DNA from: an uncultured Gemmatimonadales bacterium
GTDB lineage: Bacteria; Gemmatimonadota; Gemmatimonadetes; Longimicrobiales; Gaopeijiaceae
Direction of reading: 5' to 3'
Assembly: GCA_963823035.1 (NCBI GenBank)
Contig: CAWGKG010000018.1
Span: forward strand, 192,001 to 256,000
Length of the DNA stretch: 64,000 nt
Each line of letters starts with the position of its first letter. Position 1 is the stretch's first letter. Below are positions 62,022 to 64,000 of this stretch, piece after piece. The notes beneath the pieces are model-generated. The model searched no databases. It was given only the letters and a program-made list of their open reading frames with translations, and was not told the origin of the DNA. Made by a program: the position numbers and the translations under genes.

Positions 62022-63053
62022 CTACTCGCTCTCCGCAGCCTCCTCGGCACCGTCACCCACCGCGGCGGCGGCGGCCTTCTTGCTGCGGGGCTTCTTCGGC
62101 TTCGGTGCGGCTTCGGCCGAACCCTCGGCGGAAGCCTCCGCGGGGGCGTCGGTCGACGCCTCGGCACCCTCGTCCTCCGCCCCGCCGTCCGGCGCCCCGT
62201 CGCCATCACCCTCCTCGTCGCCCTTGAGGTGCTGGGCGATGACCTCCGGACGCGGCCGGCGCTTGCGGCGCGGGCGTCGGCGAGCCGGACGCTCCTGCTC
62301 CGTCGTCTCGCCGGTCTCGGTGGAGTAGGTGGTCGCCTCGGCCTCCTCGGCTCGCCGCTGATCCTCGGGGACCTCGCGCCGGGTGTCTTCGATCGTGGAG
62401 GCGATCGCGCCGGCGAGGAGCTGCACCGCGCGGATGGCGTCGTCGTTGCCCGGAATCGGGTAGTCGATCTTGTCCGGATCCGCGTTCGTGTCGGTGATCG
62501 CGATCACGGGGACGCCGAGGCGGGAGGCCTCGCGCACGGCGATGGTCTCGCGCTTGGCGTCGACGATGAACACGGCCCCGGGGAGGCGACCCATGTCCTT
62601 CACGCCGGCCAGGTACTTGTCGAGCTTCAGGCGCTCGCGCTCGAGGAGGAGCCGTTCCTTCTTCGTGTAGAACTCGAAGGCGTTCTCCTCCTGACCGCGC
62701 TCGAGCTCCTTCAGGCGGCGGATCTGCTTCCGGATCGTCTGGAAGTTCGTGAGCATGCCGCCGAGCCAACGCTCGGTGACGTAGAAGGAGCCGCAGCGCT
62801 GCGCCTCCTGCTCGATGATCCCCCGGAGCTGCTTCTTCGTGCAAACGAAGAGCACCCGCTCGCCCCGGAGCACCACCTCCCGGACCGCCTGCTGGGCGGC
62901 CAGGAGTCGATCCAGGGTCTTGCGGAGGTCGATGATGTGGATGCCGTTGCGCTCCGTGAAGATGAACTGCTTCATCTTCGGGTTCCAACGGCGGGTCTGG
63001 TGCCCGAAATGGACACCGGCCTCCAACAGCTGGCTCAGGCCGACTTCCTGCAT
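62022..63053 (-). CDS. rpsB: 30S ribosomal protein S2 with long C-terminal extension
   Basis: LLEAGVHFGHQTRRWNPKM, RWLGGMLTNF, DTNADP, PGNDDAIR. Confidence 0.97.
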   Translation of the reverse strand: MQEVGLSQLLEAGVHFGHQTRRWNPKMKQFIFTERNGIHIIDLRKTLDRLLAAQQAVREVVLRGERVLFVCTKKQLRGIIEQEAQRCGSFYVTERWLGGMLTNFQTIRKQIRRLKELERGQEENAFEFYTKKERLLLERERLKLDKYLAGVKDMGRLPGAVFIVDAKRETIAVREASRLGVPVIAITDTNADPDKIDYPIPGNDDAIRAVQLLAGAIASTIEDTRREVPEDQRRAEEAEATTYSTETGETTEQERPARRRPRRKRRPRPEVIAQHLKGDEEGDGDGAPDGGAEDEGAEASTDAPAEASAEGSAEAAPKPKKPRSKKAAAAAVGDGAEEAAESE

Positions 63054-63138
63054 GTCGCGTCCACTCACTAACAGTGGGGCCGATTACGCCCCGATCAGGA
63101 TATTGAAGCGCTGTCCTCCGCGGCGAAGCCGCAGCGGA

Positions 63139-63534
63139 TCAACGCTTCGAGAACTGGAAGCGCTTGCGGGCCTTGGGACGGCCGGGCTTCTTACGCTCGA
63201 CCTTCCTCGAGTCCCGCGTCAGGAGGCCCCGCTCACGCAGGGCCGGACGGGCTTCCTCGTCGTGCTCCACGATGGCGCGCGCCAGGCCCATGCGGACCGC
63301 GTCCGCCTGGCCGGTGAGCCCACCGCCGTTCACCCGCACCAACACGTCGAACTGCCCGTCGAACCCGGTGGCCCGGAAGGGCTCCTCGATGCGGATGCGG
63401 TGTGTCTCCCTCGGGAAATACTCCGCGAGGGTGCGCCCGTTCACCTTCCACTCGCCCTTGCCGGGGCGGAGGATGATGCGGGCCGTCGCCGTCTTGCGCC
63501 GCCCCACGGACTGGATCTGGTTCTGCATGGCCAT
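63139..63534 (-). CDS. rpsI: 30S ribosomal protein S9
   Basis: GRRKTATAR, GGGLTGQADA, LTRDSRKVERKK.G..KARK.FQFSKR. Confidence 0.98.
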   Translation of the reverse strand: MAMQNQIQSVGRRKTATARIILRPGKGEWKVNGRTLAEYFPRETHRIRIEEPFRATGFDGQFDVLVRVNGGGLTGQADAVRMGLARAIVEHDEEARPALRERGLLTRDSRKVERKKPGRPKARKRFQFSKR

Positions 63535-63551
63535 GTCGCTCGGGTCCCTCT

Positions 63552-63980
63552 TCAGATGTCCAGGAGCTCGGGCTGCTGGCCCTGGTGGGGATGCTCTGCG
63601 CCGCCATAGACGCGCAGCTTCTTCCGGATCTGCCGGCCGAGCGCGTTCTTGGGGAGCATCCCCCGGACCGCCAACTCGACCACACGCTCCGGGTGCGAGC
63701 GGATCATGCGCCGGAACGGAATGTGCCTTTCACCACCCATGTACCCGGAGTGGCGGAAGTAGGTCTTCTGATCGGCCTTCTTGCCCGTCAGCATCACCCG
63801 GGAGGCGTTGACGACCACGACGTGGTCGCCGGTGTCCAGGTGCGGCGTGAAGATCGGCTTGTGCTTGCCACGGAGGACGCGCGCGATCTCGGTGGCGATG
63901 CGACCCAGCGGTTTGTCGGCCGCGTCAACGACCCACCACTTCCGCTCGATGTCGTCTTGCTTCGGTGTGTACGTTCTCAT
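63552..63980 (-). CDS. rplM: 50S ribosomal protein L13
   Basis: WWVVDA...LGR.A, LRGKHKP.FTPH.DTGD.VVVVNA, GMLPKN.LGR, HPH..Q.P. Confidence 0.98.
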   Translation of the reverse strand: MRTYTPKQDDIERKWWVVDAADKPLGRIATEIARVLRGKHKPIFTPHLDTGDHVVVVNASRVMLTGKKADQKTYFRHSGYMGGERHIPFRRMIRSHPERVVELAVRGMLPKNALGRQIRKKLRVYGGAEHPHQGQQPELLDI

Positions 63981-64000
63981 CCCGTCGGCGCCCACGGAGG

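Noticed and set aside
63054..63138. Small hairpins upstream of rpsB as an S2 autoregulatory leader
   Set aside because: The position is plausible, but the stems are only 5 bp and GC-rich. This cannot be supported without comparative data.

Overview
High-GC bacterial chromosome segment. Gene content and order suggest Gemmatimonadota, but that is inference only. Most of the window is minus-strand housekeeping: rplM-rpsI-rpsB-tsf-pyrH-frr-uppS-cdsA-dxr-rseP; serS-histidine kinase-uvrD/pcrA-SulP; murA; rimP-nusA-L7Ae-infB-DUF503-rbfA-truB-ribF-rpsO-pnp-M16 peptidase-ald-dut; and mreBCD-mrdA-rodA-accD-folC-hisS-proS-lysA-guaA. About 13 frameshifts, several in essential genes, point to uncorrected assembly indels rather than pseudogenes. 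I found no rRNA, tRNA, CRISPR array or transposase. The accessory stretch at 48.2-55.7 kb holds the best signals. (1) An apparent single-chain tandem tyrosine phenol-lyase (TPL) whose two halves have lost complementary active-site residues, so only one composite active site should remain. (2) A PA2779-like secreted protein with a Gly-Gly motif and hydrophobic tail, translationally coupled to a C39-type peptidase/TPR/Omp85-like fusion, behind a sigma-54-like promoter. (3) Two inverted copies of a ~140-bp structured repeat whose closing stems show compensatory base changes. Also notable are a PTS-IIA + PII-like + cation:proton antiporter operon and a MurA with Asp at the fosfomycin-target Cys position.
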